A program made the position numbers and the translations under genes. A DNA stretch of 63,696 nucleotides, the filler included, from Collodictyon triciliatum (taxonomy: Eukaryota): NCBI GenBank assembly GCA_043381765.1. It is 9 parts of 9 records of this genome, joined end to end, with 100 filler letters (N's around TTAATTAATTAA, not from the genome) between each part and the next. Parts side by side here need not be neighbours in the genome. Positions count along the whole stretch, not along the records: positions 39,168 to 46,908 come from JBHJMP010003775.1; positions 47,009 to 54,740 come from JBHJMP010003776.1; 7 more parts are not named here. One strand, 5' to 3'. This document shows positions 39,168-53,000 of this stretch, piece by piece (position 1 is the first letter of the stretch; each line of letters opens with the position of its first letter). The notes below the pieces were generated by a model. That model did not search any database. It was not told where the DNA came from and worked only from the letters and a program-made list of their open reading frames with translations.

Positions 39168-39781
39168 GATGCAGAAGCCGCCACCTGTTTCGGCAGCTTT
39201 ATGCCATTGAATACCCAAAGCAACAGCTAATGGGATACAACATCTAGCCTGCTGGACGTAGCGCGGCTCATCTCCCTCGTGAACCAGACCATTCCATCCA
39301 ATCCATCTTGCTTCAAAATTGTCACGGGTGGGCAGACGCTCAGCTATCTACTGGGCTCAGGCAGACTCAGAACAACGTCAACGGCTTGGAAATCCCTCTC
39401 CCGTTGCCCACTATGCGGTCTATGTTGCACGAGCAGACGCATAGGCACCGAACGTTTCAGCATTACATGGGCTTTGACCGATACAACCACGTGTTTCTCT
39501 TTGGACACATATTTGTATTCTGCTTGCGTGAGGGGAATTCCTCCGTCCTTCAGTAGTTCAGAACCAGTTTGTCAGCTGCGCCGTTGGACATTGAGCCAGA
39601 AACACAAACCCAGAGGGAGATAGACACCAACGACTGCCTCATCTGGATTCTGGATGAAAAATGTAATCTGTCCATCGTCCATGGTGTGTTGTTGCCAAAG
39701 CCACCGAGCGAACCCCTTCTTTATCACCCACTGAGTTACATGGCCAATATATCAAGTCTCAGGATACGCTGGTCAAGGTGA
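39168..39781 (+). pseudogene. Long frame interrupted by two in-frame TAG codons; family unknown
   Basis: One frame from the contig start to 39781, broken only by TAG at 39245 and 39554. Confidence 0.4.
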
Positions 39782-42469
39782 TTATGATTCTTTTGCTGAA
39801 GTCCGTTTGTGGTAAAGCGCATCTCGTCTGCTCCGCATCAGATATTATCGTTATTGTTCGCGGGTAGACTGCAAAGTCTTCCTCAGACGGTGTTTCAAAA
39901 TTGATTCCATCGCACACAAATTTTGCCTGAATCGAGGGAGTTTTTTCTTTTTCTTTTCTTTTGTAAATACGCAATAATAATTATATGCAAGTGGTAATTT
40001 CTGATATGCATTGTTGTGGTTTTTTCTGACTCAACATCGATGCGTCCCAGTCTTCGTCCTGAATTATTCGCAAGCGGTGGAAACCTTTATTTCGCTATGC
40101 AAAAACAACGAATTTGATACCCTTCGTTTGCTTCGCCTACCACAAGAATAATTTCCTTCAGATGTTAAAATCGCACCAGATACTTCTATTTTATCTTCAA
40201 TGTAGGCATAAATTCCAGTTCTAATTCTTGGTTGTGTAATGAAACATTGTATTTCTATATGAGCCACCTCTCTTTTTTATTCGTGTTATTGCCTATATAT
40301 TCGTATGGCCATGTAAGTTTGTTCGAAAAATGACTCTTTCGAAAAAAAAACATCTTTTTAATCAATCACCTATCTCCTATTCAACTTTACAATAGACAAG
40401 AGATTGTGCTCTTTGGTTGTTTAGTTGACCTTCTTCCACATCACAAATTGGCTCACTATGTCGCCCACACCAAACTACTTGATCAACTTCTCGAGTTTCT
40501 GGTTTTGAATGCTCTCTACTGTAGAGCAAAAAAGGCACCAAATAATGACGCAAACGCTGCATCTTCGAAAAAACCGCTGGGCAAGCTGCGAACAACCGAA
40601 CCTGAACAAGCTCCAGGAACTCCTAAAACATCACTTGCAGGAAGAGTTTCAATAATGGTGTATTACCAAACCGAAAAATCCAAGGATGTGATATCCACTA
40701 TATACATCTAATGACTGTGGTTGATGAGATTAATAGAGAATCACCCACTTCGCAGATTCCGTCAGAAGGTTTTGAAATGACACAGCTATTCCAAATGAAA
40801 ATTATATCAATTATCTATTAAACTTATTGTATCATCCAATTCATTATTTTTTCATTTGATTAGTTTTTTTTTATTGATTTGTCAGAACCGACATTCTCTC
40901 TCAATGACGCATCATCCAAATAAGTTTCATTCCTTTGCGTCATCCAGTCCGTAAGAGACTTAATTTTCGTATCAAAGAATCTGATGATGTAATTTGCTTC
41001 ATTCTTTCACACTCGAAACTTTAGTCTTTTTACTCTATTTTATTACAATTATTTACACGTGCTATGTTTGTATTTTCTTTCACCTCTTTCGATATATCAA
41101 AGTCTGTATCACGTTGCTGGCCAGTTCATTCTTTTGAAATAATAAGTTGGTTATTTCACTGACAAGAACACACCTTATCTTCATTTATACGCATCAAATT
41201 GCATCGGTCAATCGTATCACCAGCTAGCCTAGAAAGATAAGCCACCTTGCAGAATTTTTTAGAGAATTTATGTAGGGTGCTTCACCATATTATGACACTT
41301 ATCAGCTCTCTCCATATTCCAGCTACCATTCCCACAATTTTGCATGTAGAACTATTTACAAATAATTTCATAAATTGCTTCTTGGCACATGAAGTAATGA
41401 TGCTAACAAATTATTCCACCACTGTTAGTTCATAATGTTAACAAATGCACTCACAGACAACGGTATCATACCTTCCCAAACCAGTTCTATACCTTAGTTT
41501 CTGATGTCAACTATGTAAGCATTCTTTATCGCTTACCCACCAGCCAACAGATTACCAAACCCAAAAAATTGCACATCCGGATTAGTTTCGAATCCCATCT
41601 GTCGAAAACATAATATAAGATTTATACAATTTGATTTGCATCGTCCCTCAGAAAGAAATGCAAAAAGTTAGCATCAGCCCCTCTGGTCAAAATGTAGGTG
41701 TGAAATCTGTCAATTTTTCTATAATTATCGCAATCTATTAATTATGTATTACATTATCCTTTTAAAATCAGAATGGTGGATACCGTCAAATATTCCTCTT
41801 GAACCAAGAAGTAGCATCACAGGTATCGTCCGTTCTTCTTCACTTTCACCCATAACCATCGCTAACTGCTCAACGACCTCATCTGTCACGAACTTGAGCT
41901 TCTGGAGGCAACATATAGCATATTTGGAAAGATATTCTTTTTGTGAGGACAAATTTTGTTTGTGACGCTTATCTTTACATACCTTAAACATCAGCCAGTT
42001 TTGTTCTTGTCCATCTAAATTCACATTCGTGATTGATAAACTTTGCTATTATTTTGTGCGATTCTAAATCTCCTAACATTTGATAACAGAGATGGCACTT
42101 CCGAAATCCTATTACCAGTATTCTTGAGTCACGGCCCTGCTCATCCATTACAGTAGGTTTTGATGGGTCGAAGTTTTAGATACTAGTAATTTATATAAAA
42201 GCAATTTTTTTATGATTCATGAATTTTCTGAATGTTCTATTCATATATCAGTTGAGGGTAAAAAAAGTAATATTTTCGAGGACTTGTTCAGAAATCCCAT
42301 CTTTAGAACTGGAGAAGAATTCAAAAAAGATTTCAGGTTTGTTCAAACACACAATTTCATCAAAAAAAACATATCGCTTTAACAGAATGCATCATCTTGG
42401 CAGTATCAATAAGCTTGGTGGTTATTAATTATGTTTGAATAATTATTTGGAGAGTTAAAAATAACAGCT

Positions 42470-43790
42470 GCCTTCGGGGGTTAAGAGGCAATCAACGCTG
42501 GAAGTTCGCTCTACGAATAGTTGTCATCCACTTCATTCTACTAAATATTGGCTTCGTCTACTGATTTTGATTTACCTCAGATTTTGTGTGGGTATTTGAA
42601 ATTGAATTGTTTGTCTGTTTCTTTTCATTTTATTTATCGCGTTTCATGTGCAAAGGTATCAGGTTCTAGCGGAGAAGATGCTAAATCCGAATCATGTCTC
42701 ATTTATCCCCATCGCACCAGGCTCCTCCACTTTCCAACCGAACCCACATTCTCATTAAGTGCTGACCACGACCATAAGCGGTACTTTATGTCATTTTCAT
42801 AGAAAATCATTCTTTCTATTGCCTTATTTTTATCACCTTTATGTATTGGAACTGCTTTGTGATGATTTGCAATCAGTTCATTTTCTGAATAATTAAATGG
42901 CCTTTGTTGATGGAAAACACTTAGACGCTCGCTTTACCAGGATAATTTACAAACAAATCGAACTTGTCGTTGGATTATCGTAAAATCAAAGCTATTGACC
43001 CAGAATATTACAAAATTATCTGTTGGTTTTGTGTTTGTCTCATTTTTTTTTATCTTTTTTGTTATATTTTGGATTATGTTGGTGGGATTAGATTACAGCT
43101 TATCAAAATATAGTCAGAAGAGCAGATTTTGAAAAATACATGTTTTTATGAGAAAAAGACACAAAGAATGTGGTGAATTTGAATTTATCAGAAGAGATAG
43201 ACAAGGTTTTCATACACTTTATGTATGTTAACATGAATATTTTATATTATTTTTATATTCATTTCATTTTTATTTTAAAAACACATTATATTGGGATAAT
43301 TTGGTGAGATTGTCCTTATGGTAATGAATAGAACGGAAATAAATTGCTGTCTCCGAATCAAATAAGCTAACTCATACTGATATTTAGGGCTGAAGGGAGT
43401 TTTATTGTAATGACCGTAAGAATCATGCCTTGAATGTATCTTTTAAGAACACTTTTCATCTGTTATTTGGCTCAAATATGTCCAAATAGCCACATGAAGA
43501 TAGCTATTCAATAGAAAATCAATGAATTTGTTGGTTATTACAAAATATTTCTCTTCTGCACTATAGAATATCATCCTTAAATAGCCCCTAATATCACTTC
43601 TTGAATCCACAGATTATAAGATAATATTCCGGCCGAAATTAATCTCTCCTTTTAATTATCAAGAGCTCGATCTGCTTGTCTATGGGATGACAGAAATCAG
43701 TGTGGGCGATTGGTAAAAAAAAATACAGAATATCAAGCGTATGCTGTGACAAGCCCGCAAATCCAGTGGTTCTGGCGTGTTGCTCGGGTA
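42470..43790 (+). pseudogene. HECT E3 ligase (HUWE1/TOM1/UPL1-like) pseudogene fragment with introns
   Basis: FGG*EAINAG; (W)YQVLAEKMLNPN...TFQPNPHS; DGKHLDARFTRIIYKQI/IKAIDPEYYK; ISPFNYQELDLLVYGMTEISVGDW*/NTEYQAYAVTSPQIQWFWRV; contains stops and frameshifts. Confidence 0.82.
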
Positions 43791-44184
43791 TGGAAAGTGA
43801 GGTTTTTGTTGCAAAATTTGCAAAGAAAGCCTTCTTAAATAATTGTATTTGTCTCTTTTTTCTCTTTTGGTTTCTTAACGAATGCTGCAATATGAAAACC
43901 GTACACCTAGACTTATTTTTATCTCATCAGCCTCAATCAACCAGACCTTTCTGCATATGAAAGCTTCAATAAGCTCAAAAGGCAACAATACTTGCAATCC
44001 ATAAAAGGTAATTTTGATTTCACCTTTGTTTAAGTACAAAATATCTCTCGTCGAATTATTCAAAGAAAAGATCATAAAAATTAGTAACAAAGTTGAAAAG
44101 AACAAAAAAAGCATCAAACAAGGCAAGCTCCCTTCCTATTTGATGGCCGTATTTTTTTCAAATTCTCCAGCGCCTCATTTTCTT

Positions 44185-44280
44185 CCTTCTTTCATCATTT
44201 CTTCACCTTTATTTTGGGTGATGTGTCTGTCGTTGATGTGTTTGTTGCCAAGCAAAATCTTCTCGACCTTTTCATTGAAT
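44185..44280 (-). pseudogene. Possible Rab8/Sec4-like GTPase fragment
   Basis: KVEKILLGNKHINDRHITQNKGEEM resembles Rab8 VEKMILGNKCDVNDKRQVSKERGEK, followed by stops; no other G motifs found. Confidence 0.35.
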
Positions 44281-46811
44281 TCTCTTCCTTTTCCTTTTGC
44301 CCTTTTGTCTTTTCAATATCTATTATGAGTGGAAAAACAAGAAAAATGTCTGTAATTTTGATGATTGTCTGAAAAACATATATCAAATTACAGCAGCCTT
44401 TTGTAACATATGAATAAACCATCGCAGCTAAATCAACAAGTCAATAAACGAATGAATATTCTTCAAAAATAACTCATGAAGGAATAAAACCTGCAGTATG
44501 CTTTCTTTTTTGTCTTTTTCCATAAAAACTTGCATAATTAAGTAACAGCGACTTTGGAGCGTACGGAATGCGTAGTGTTTTTCTGAAAAGCATTTCTATT
44601 ATATTTAATTAAAACATGAAATGAACATTTTAATTTTATCTATGTTTTTCCCAATCCTGATTATGTTAAGTGCGAGTCTTGGCGATTTTTTCTTATTCCT
44701 CTCCTTAATTTTGTGCCCTGCAGCAGCAATTGCCGGAATATAAGTCAGTCTTGGGTAGAAGCTGGCAAATATATGTGTCCTGAAGACTTTCTGGAAGCTA
44801 TTTGGTCATGTGTAGAATGCGTTTGCTGTCTTTGATAAGCTTGAGCAGAAGGAATGAATTCAGGTAGAAGAAGGGTAAATTTAAATTGCATTTCATATGA
44901 ATGGGAAAGCTTCAAAGTAAAGTAAAATAAACAATGAAAAAATAAAATGGATGTTGTTTTCGGTATCATTTTCTTCACTCATTCTGGTCTGTGAACATAC
45001 CCTGTGATGCGGTTGTGTTCTGGGTTGTATCTAGGGCTTTTTGGGAGAATTATCTAGAACGATAACGATGGTAAGTAGCTTTTATGTGGTAAAATCATGT
45101 GACCTTCATTTTGAATGATATACCATCATTATACAACAGAATGCTACTGGTAAAAAAATGTGCTCGATTTAGTAAAGGATAAAGGAAAAATGGATGCAAT
45201 GCAGATTTCCTAACTTTTTCGAAAGAGGAACACAAAGGTCAAAAGTGTCCGTTTTTTAAATATATTATTTGACCGTGCTTTCTGTTTTTCCCGTCAGACT
45301 CTTTCATACTATCAGACAGACCGAGCAGCTTTTCCGAAACCAGAATAAAAGGAATGAGACAACAGCTACCGGTCCTTTCTGGACAGTCCATTATTTTGGT
45401 GTGTACTTCAAACATGCTTAAATTAAATATGCAGATTTTAGTAATCGAAGTCTGTGTCAAATAAATTAATAATGAATGAAGTAAACTGCATGAATAAAAA
45501 AATGGAGAGGTTAATACCCACAAGTTAAAATAAGCGAACTTCGATACCTCAGAAGTATATTTGGCCCACACAGACAGCTTCATTTCGAATAATGAGCCAT
45601 GTAGTTTGACATTTGTGAGAAAGCTTGTTTGGAAAAGTTTTTAATTCATCAAATCAATGGACTTTGGCTCGTCTTATAGAATCTAAGACATATATATATA
45701 TACAAGCTATGGGTCCAAACCGATAAACTTGTATGTGGCATAATTAAGGTTCTGAAAGTCAGAACGGAAAAAATGACAAATGAAAATATGCTTTTAATGG
45801 TAATAACATTGATATGGATGAATAATAAACAAAAAATCGATAATCATGCTTCTGTGCGATGAGCAATACCTATTGATTTTAATTTTGATGAATCAAACTT
45901 TCCACACAGAAAAGGTATACTTGCAAGCAGAGTTCTGGCGCTGACTTGGACTTTGACTTTGCCGTTATGGTTGGGCCAAATGACCAATTGTCAAATATTG
46001 ATGTGATTGTCAGACATTTTTGGGTATAAAGATTGCACATTATCATAGCCTTCTTGAGAGAGCGTTATTTCCAGTGTAGTGGTTATTGCAGACTGCTACA
46101 TACACATGCATTGATAAAGCTGCTAATCGGAAAAGTTCATATTGGCCGACTATTTTTGTGGCGATGCGTTTGGCTCCAATACATCTAGCGTGCACCCACA
46201 ATACCGAACGACAGTTAGTTCCGATAGAAGTGTTGAGAAATTAGATTCGGGGCTATGGAAGAATTTCGGTTAATTTCGTAACTTTGAGTCCAGCTTTGAA
46301 GTCGACGCAAAAGTTGCGTGCTGTGTTTCACTGATGATATGTAGCCACGTGCGAAAAGAAAGTAATGTATTTTAGAGAAATGAAGAGTGGTATGTGTGAG
46401 TTTAACCTCTTCAAATCAGGTATGCTATCGGCTGTTGCTTGTCGGGTATCATGTATTGTGCGGTGATGAATTGATGGGGCGGTAATGTGGTGGTATTGAT
46501 TGTGTTGTGATATTGATGTGATGTAACTCTGCATTATAAACGCCTGTTGTGATAAGCTGTTTTATGATATCTCGCTATTCGACAAATTTTATTCTTTTTA
46601 TTACATGATTTGGGACAGTATTTGCGAGGTTATGCAGTGAGACTGTCAATTTCTTTGAAATCACATCGCTTACATAGTTGCTCTAATGGGTGTGGTTTAA
46701 CGATAGCATCTTCTATCTTACTCTTGTTATCTTTTTCCATCTAAATTATTTCATAAGTAAAGCCGCACAATTTTAGATGTTCGTGGTTAAGGGAGGCAAG
46801 CATAAGAGGAA

Positions 46812-46908
46812 AATGAAAAGTGAAAAATGAAAAATGAAAAATGAAAAATGAAAAATGAAAAATGAAAAATGAAAAATGAAAAATGAAAAATGAAAAATGA
46901 AAAATGAA
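46812..46908. repeat. (TGAAAAA)n tandem repeat at contig end
   Basis: Directly visible. Confidence 0.9.
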
Positions 46909-47912
46909 NNNNNNNNNNNNNNNNNNNNNNNNNNNNNNNNNNNNNNNNNNNNTTAATTAATTAANNNNNNNNNNNNNNNNNNNNNNNNNNNNNNNNNNNN
47001 NNNNNNNNTTTCCTGATTGGGGTTTATCCATATTAGAAAAAGGGAAAAGAAAAATGAAGGGGGACTTTTCGTATTTTTCAAAGAACAAAGCTTGCATTTC
47101 CCATTTATTGGAAAAAATTTGGTTTTTCCTCTATTTTTTTTTTTCATTTTGCAATAACAAAGAAAAAATTTAGTTTTTTGACCGATTAGAAAAACATATA
47201 ATACCTTCTTCTCTTTTTGGGTGCCTCAATGTTGAAATCAAATCAACACACAAGAGCAACAAACACACATATAGGCAAAGACCAGTGCGAGTCCAAAGAT
47301 GGGCAAAGCAGTTATTCCACATCTAGAAATTACACGTGGTTGATTTTGGATTTGGCTCTGGTGTCCCTGTCCAGGGTGGAAACTTTGCCTGTAAGATTGA
47401 CTGGGGCAATCGCTATCCTTGTGATGCACAGAACACCAGCAGTGCGCCTGGATGGGGGTGAATGAGGATTGTGAATGGTGATGTATTGAGTCAAGTACCC
47501 AGAGGATGTTGGTGATGCTTAGGATAGGGATTGGCTCTGGCAAAATAGATGCTTCGTCACGGCTACCAAAGCGCGCTGCTCTGAGGGTTAACATTCTTAA
47601 CTTTGATTCGCGCAAGAATGGATGATTTTGGTCTTCGGTTCGCAGCGAGTGGAATATATCATACCCGCTAACGTAGATTTTGGTGTGGTTCTTTTTATGC
47701 TATTGTTTTATCAAGCATTTGTGCTCCATTGTTGAAACATGGCGTATGCAAGTTAAACTTTATAGAACACCAAGTTTTCCTGTACATCGATGTGAATTTG
47801 AAAGAAAAAAAAAGGGGCAGTTTTCATTTATGTATAAATGTTCAAGACAAGGCATTCGTGGATTGCTGCGAGATGTGGTGGATTAAAAACAAAGGTGCTG
47901 ATATCTACCAAA

Positions 47913-50048
47913 CTACGAAAAGATATCATATCTCTTCTTCTCTAATAACATTTCAGTTTTCTGAAGTCTAGCATCTGTTTGTTGTAGTTGAAGCTGCAGC
48001 TGCCCAATTTGTTCGTCTTTCTTTTGAATTATCTGTTCAATCAATAAATTACGAAAATTATCTAAAAACCCTTGCTTCCCTTGAATCGAATAAAGGAAAA
48101 AAATTACGAATTTTTTTCTATCACTATCTGCTTCAAATTTTCTTAATACATGTCCATCTATTTACGAATGGTAGTAGTCATATTTAAATTACCAATCGAA
48201 CTCGCTCATTTAGGTTGTTTAACTCTTCAGCCTAGAAATTTGATATAGTTAAAATATAGCTCAAGCGCGCATGGTAAATTAGTTGATATGTTGAATTACA
48301 TTATTATCACTATTTAATTCTAGGCTGCCTGGTATACGCATTGAACGTACATGTTGCTTTTTAATGGCGTCAATCTTGTGTGTATGGGATAGATCTATTC
48401 TGGTCCTTTCTTCCTTGTCAATAGCAATAACCTTCTCAAGTCGACTAACGGTATCAATCTGAGCCTGGAGTTGTCTCTTGTATTGCTCCTCTAATAAATA
48501 TGAAAATACCATGAAGGGTGAGTATCGCGGTAAATTTTGTAAAAAAAATAATGGGAACCAGAAACAATAATTTTTAAACTCTCCTAAAAATTTCAAAACC
48601 TAATTCTTTTTCTTTCTTTTCAGATATTCCTTTTAGCCTTTCCATATCTCCGATTAACTGCTTTGAGTACTCTCCCTTGTGTGAAAAACAAATGTTAAAA
48701 AAAAAAAAAAAATTGGTCCACCCAGCAACAATTTAATCTCAAAAAAGCCATAGTTATTTGATCTAAAATTGTAAAATAGTTCCACGATGATTTTGTACCC
48801 AAGAAGAAGAAGAAGAAGAAGAAGAAGAAGAAGAAGAAGAAGAAGAAGAAGAAGAAGAAGAAGAAGAAGAAGAAGAAGAAGAAGAAGAAGAAGAAGAAGA
48901 CACAACAATAGGTCCCAGACCTTTGTTGATATAAGACTTTTCAATTCTTTAATTTGATTATCTAAATCCGAGCATCTGAATTGATGAATTATTACATTAG
49001 ATACATCACACGAGGTTTTTGTGGGTGTTTCTGTAAAATATCAAAATTTTAGTTTTGAATTGTAATGGCTTGCCTATTTTGAGAATCCGAAAGATCTTTG
49101 GATAACTTTGCACATCGCTCTCTAGTGATTCTCTCTTCCTCTTGTGCCTTAATTTGATTAGATATTCCAGTTTCTTAATAAGTAGAAACTTTACAATCTC
49201 AAGAGACAGCACAATAATACCAAAGAATATCACACCTGTCTCAGTTGAGCTGAATTATTGGAAATTATCTCCTCAATCTTCTTCTCATAGCCTTTTATTA
49301 ACTATAAACAAAAACTGTAATTGTCATTTGATTTTTTTTTTTAAAAGAAAGGATGATTTTTATCGAGCAATATAGGAAATTAAAATCATCTGGTCGATGC
49401 AAAAATAAATAAATAAATAATTGTTGTAAAGAGAACCTCAGATTTCGATAATGTCATTTCTTCCTCTAACTTGAATATGACTTTTTCAATCTCCACATCC
49501 CTTTCCTTTGCTACCTGTTTCCTTAATTGTTCCTATACATGAATGAATGATCAGGAGAAAACATTCTTTGAAATTATATGGATAAAAATAAAAATGGGAA
49601 TAGGACTGCGTAAAAGAATGAGGAAGTAAGGGAAGTAAAATAAAATAGGGTACCTCCTTATTTTTCAAATCAGTTTCAAATTTCGAAAGCATTTGGGTCT
49701 GCCATAATTCTTTCTCTACTCGCATCTCCTCTTTCATTCGAGAAATTTGAGTCTGTGGCATAAAAATGTATAAGTTATTCATGTTGCAGATATATCTACA
49801 GTTTTAAAGACAGAGAAAGACATTAGGCTTTCATACTTGATTGTTGCCTTCCATCTTTTCTATTGCTGTGCGATGCTCTTTCATTATGTTAGTTATGCGT
49901 TCTTCTTCAGTTTTCTTCATAGCTAGCAATGTGTCTTCGAATCTCTGCTTATCTGAACGCCTCTCCTTCTCAAATTGATCTCTATTGTCATATTGAAATG
50001 AGATAAAATAAAGATATAAATTATTTGGTGACTTCCCCCCCCCCCCCC

Positions 50049-50081
<33 letters not shown>

Positions 50082-53000
50082 AGAAAACCCCCCCCCCCCC
50101 CCCCCCAAAAAAAAAAAAAAAAATATCAAAAGATAAATATACCGTGAGAAAAATGTGGACAAGTAGATATATAAAATACAATGATTGTACGAACAAACCT
50201 TTCAGAATTCAAATCAGATGTTATTCTTCTTCTTAAATCATTAATCTAGTTGAAAATGTATTATTAATTTATATTACTCTCAATTATCATCAGCTTGGAA
50301 GAATTTTTTTGAGCAACCTGGAGTTCGTCTCTTTCGGCCAGCTCTCGAAGCCTCTGACGGGAAAGCTCTCGTTCTCTACCATTATTAATTTAATTGCATC
50401 ATTTCAACTTTTTTTTTCTCAGAGAAAAAAAATTACTTTTGATGCTTTATGGATTTACATTATCATGGAAGCCATGCTATAGAATAATACAAGAAAAGTG
50501 TTAATAATGAAACCTTTCCAGAGCTTCCTCCTTGTCTCTCCCAAGCCTATCACGAATTATGGTCTAACATAAATCCAATTCGATTACTGGATGAGTTTAT
50601 GTGATAAAATAATATTCTTCTATAATTGGTAATCGCTGTGTTGGTAAATTTGATTAGATAGGATGTATATAAAAAATGACAGAAAAGGACACAAAAAGAA
50701 ATGATAACCTGTTCTCTTTCACTTAACTCCTTTTGTTCCTTTAGAACCCTTTTCAGATCATCTTCATGCTTTTCCTCGAGTTTCCTTAAGTCTTGCTTGT
50801 GTTTCTAAGTGTTTTGGGACATGAGTATTCAAAATTTGGCACTGGGCTAGATAAAAAAAATTCAATTAAATCAATTTTTCCTACGGTAAGCATTCTTTGG
50901 ATTTCCGGCTCCAATCCCTTTATTGTGGTTTCTTTTATCTCCTTGGCCTTTTCCGCTATGAGCTGTTCCCTTTTCGTCTAAAATTGACAAACAAGTATTA
51001 CTATTCAATTTGATTTTGATAACTACAATAATCTTTTTCTTAGGTTTCTCATAGTGGATATAATATTATATTTGGTGATATTTCATTACATCGGTTTATT
51101 TGGTAACAATTTTTAATTTTTTTTTTTTTTTGCAAGTAGTTGTTCCCGCCGTAATAAACTATCATCATAGAGCAATCAAGAATTCCCCTAACCTTCTCAG
51201 AGATTGCCCATGCATCCTTCTGCTTTTTCATTTCCTTTTTGAAATGGTCTTCAAGATCTTGAAACTGGATATAATTGTTTATTGCAATTTTTTTTAAAAA
51301 AAAAATAAGAAATTGAATTATGAATAGAAAATAACACATGTAAACCTCTTTAAGATAGTCACCTTTGCAGAGTATCTTGAATCTATCGAATTAAGCTGCC
51401 CGGCTAGTTCTTCACACTGCTTACTAAGTTCTTGCTTATCCGCTAGGAATCAGATGGTAGAATATTAAACTTCAACTATATAGTATATTGCAAGGAATAT
51501 TACATAAACAATAACCAAAAAAGTCATCAACCTAATAATTGGTCAATAAATCCCAAATGCCTTGAAATGACAGATTCGCTTTCTTCCTTTAATATGGCGA
51601 TCTTTTCTTTTTCTTGTTGAGAGCTATATGTATTAATCCTGTAGTTACTTATGATGATATTTTTAATCAATATATTTATTTCCTCTGAAAATACAAATAA
51701 AATATCTTTGTAAAAAAAAATATAAATCGATGTAGGCGGGGATACGATGAGTGATGCTTAGTGGAAAATTTTACAATTTTACAATTATTTCATGTTCTTT
51801 ATCTTTTTGCTTTCTTAAGGCGGTATTGAGGCCTTGCACAAGTTGCTTTTGTTCCTTAAGTTCCACTTCAAGGTCGATTATTTTCAACTGCATTAAATGA
51901 GCGTCTTGGCCTAATTGGAATCATGACTTTTACAAATACAATAAATGTATGCAAAACGAAAGTCTCCCTAACTGAATGACATAATTCAAAATTACCTGCT
52001 CTAGTCATAACTTTCTGTTGTCTATCTGACTATAATGAATATAACTAGGGTTAATTATAAAAAAATGCAGGGGCTGGAGTCGTGTCAAATAAAAATAGAC
52101 TAGAAGAGGCGTATCCTCTAGTTTCAGGGGAATAATTTTTTGAAATAAAAAACCATCTTAATACCTCTGCTTCGATATTATCAAGGTATGAAAGTATATC
52201 GCTAGCCTTATTTCCTCCGACAGAAACATGCCTGTATTACATTCATTATGGCCCACACCGAAAGAAAATGATATCAAACATATGTTTGAATTTCTGTCTT
52301 TCTGAAATGTTAGGAGGCAGGTATCGAAACAAAAAAAAAACCCTCTAATTGCTGATGATGATGACCGAGAAGAGAGTGGTCGGACAGGATTATTTTGTTG
52401 CCAACTTGCATATTCGGAGCCTAATTTTGGCAAACATAGTATTAATCAGTGAGCGATGTATCGCAATTTGAAGATGGAAAAAAGACTATCTTTTCTCGAG
52501 ACTTTTGCTAAATGACGAACTTGTATTTCCAGTAATAGGAGTATAATTAGAGAATCCGTTGGGCTTCGCTTGTATGAGTTTCCTCTTGATCCACTTAATG
52601 TAGATGATAGAGATCGAAATTTTGATTTGATTATGTACCGAATCATATGATTTACTCTTGTGTCTATGCTAAATATCAGCTAAAGCTATGCAGATAGTCT
52701 ATTCTGTTTCTTCCCTCTTTGTTTTCCATTCTTGAGAGAATGTATATTTCGCAACATGATGAATTACCTTACGAAAGGACGTTTGGATGATAAGTGCGGC
52801 CATATCTCGACTGAATTTCTTTGAGGCCCTCTTACTACTAGTACCTGTCCTCTTTGGCGGTGCAACCATCCTTCCTTTTTCCAATTTGTGAATATCACTT
52901 TGTCTCTTTTCTGGTTTCGATAAATTCATGGACTGCTGCTATAGAGGTCATACTCAATTTTAGTAGGGCAGGAGTTTGGCGGGGAGGTTTTTTTTTTAAA

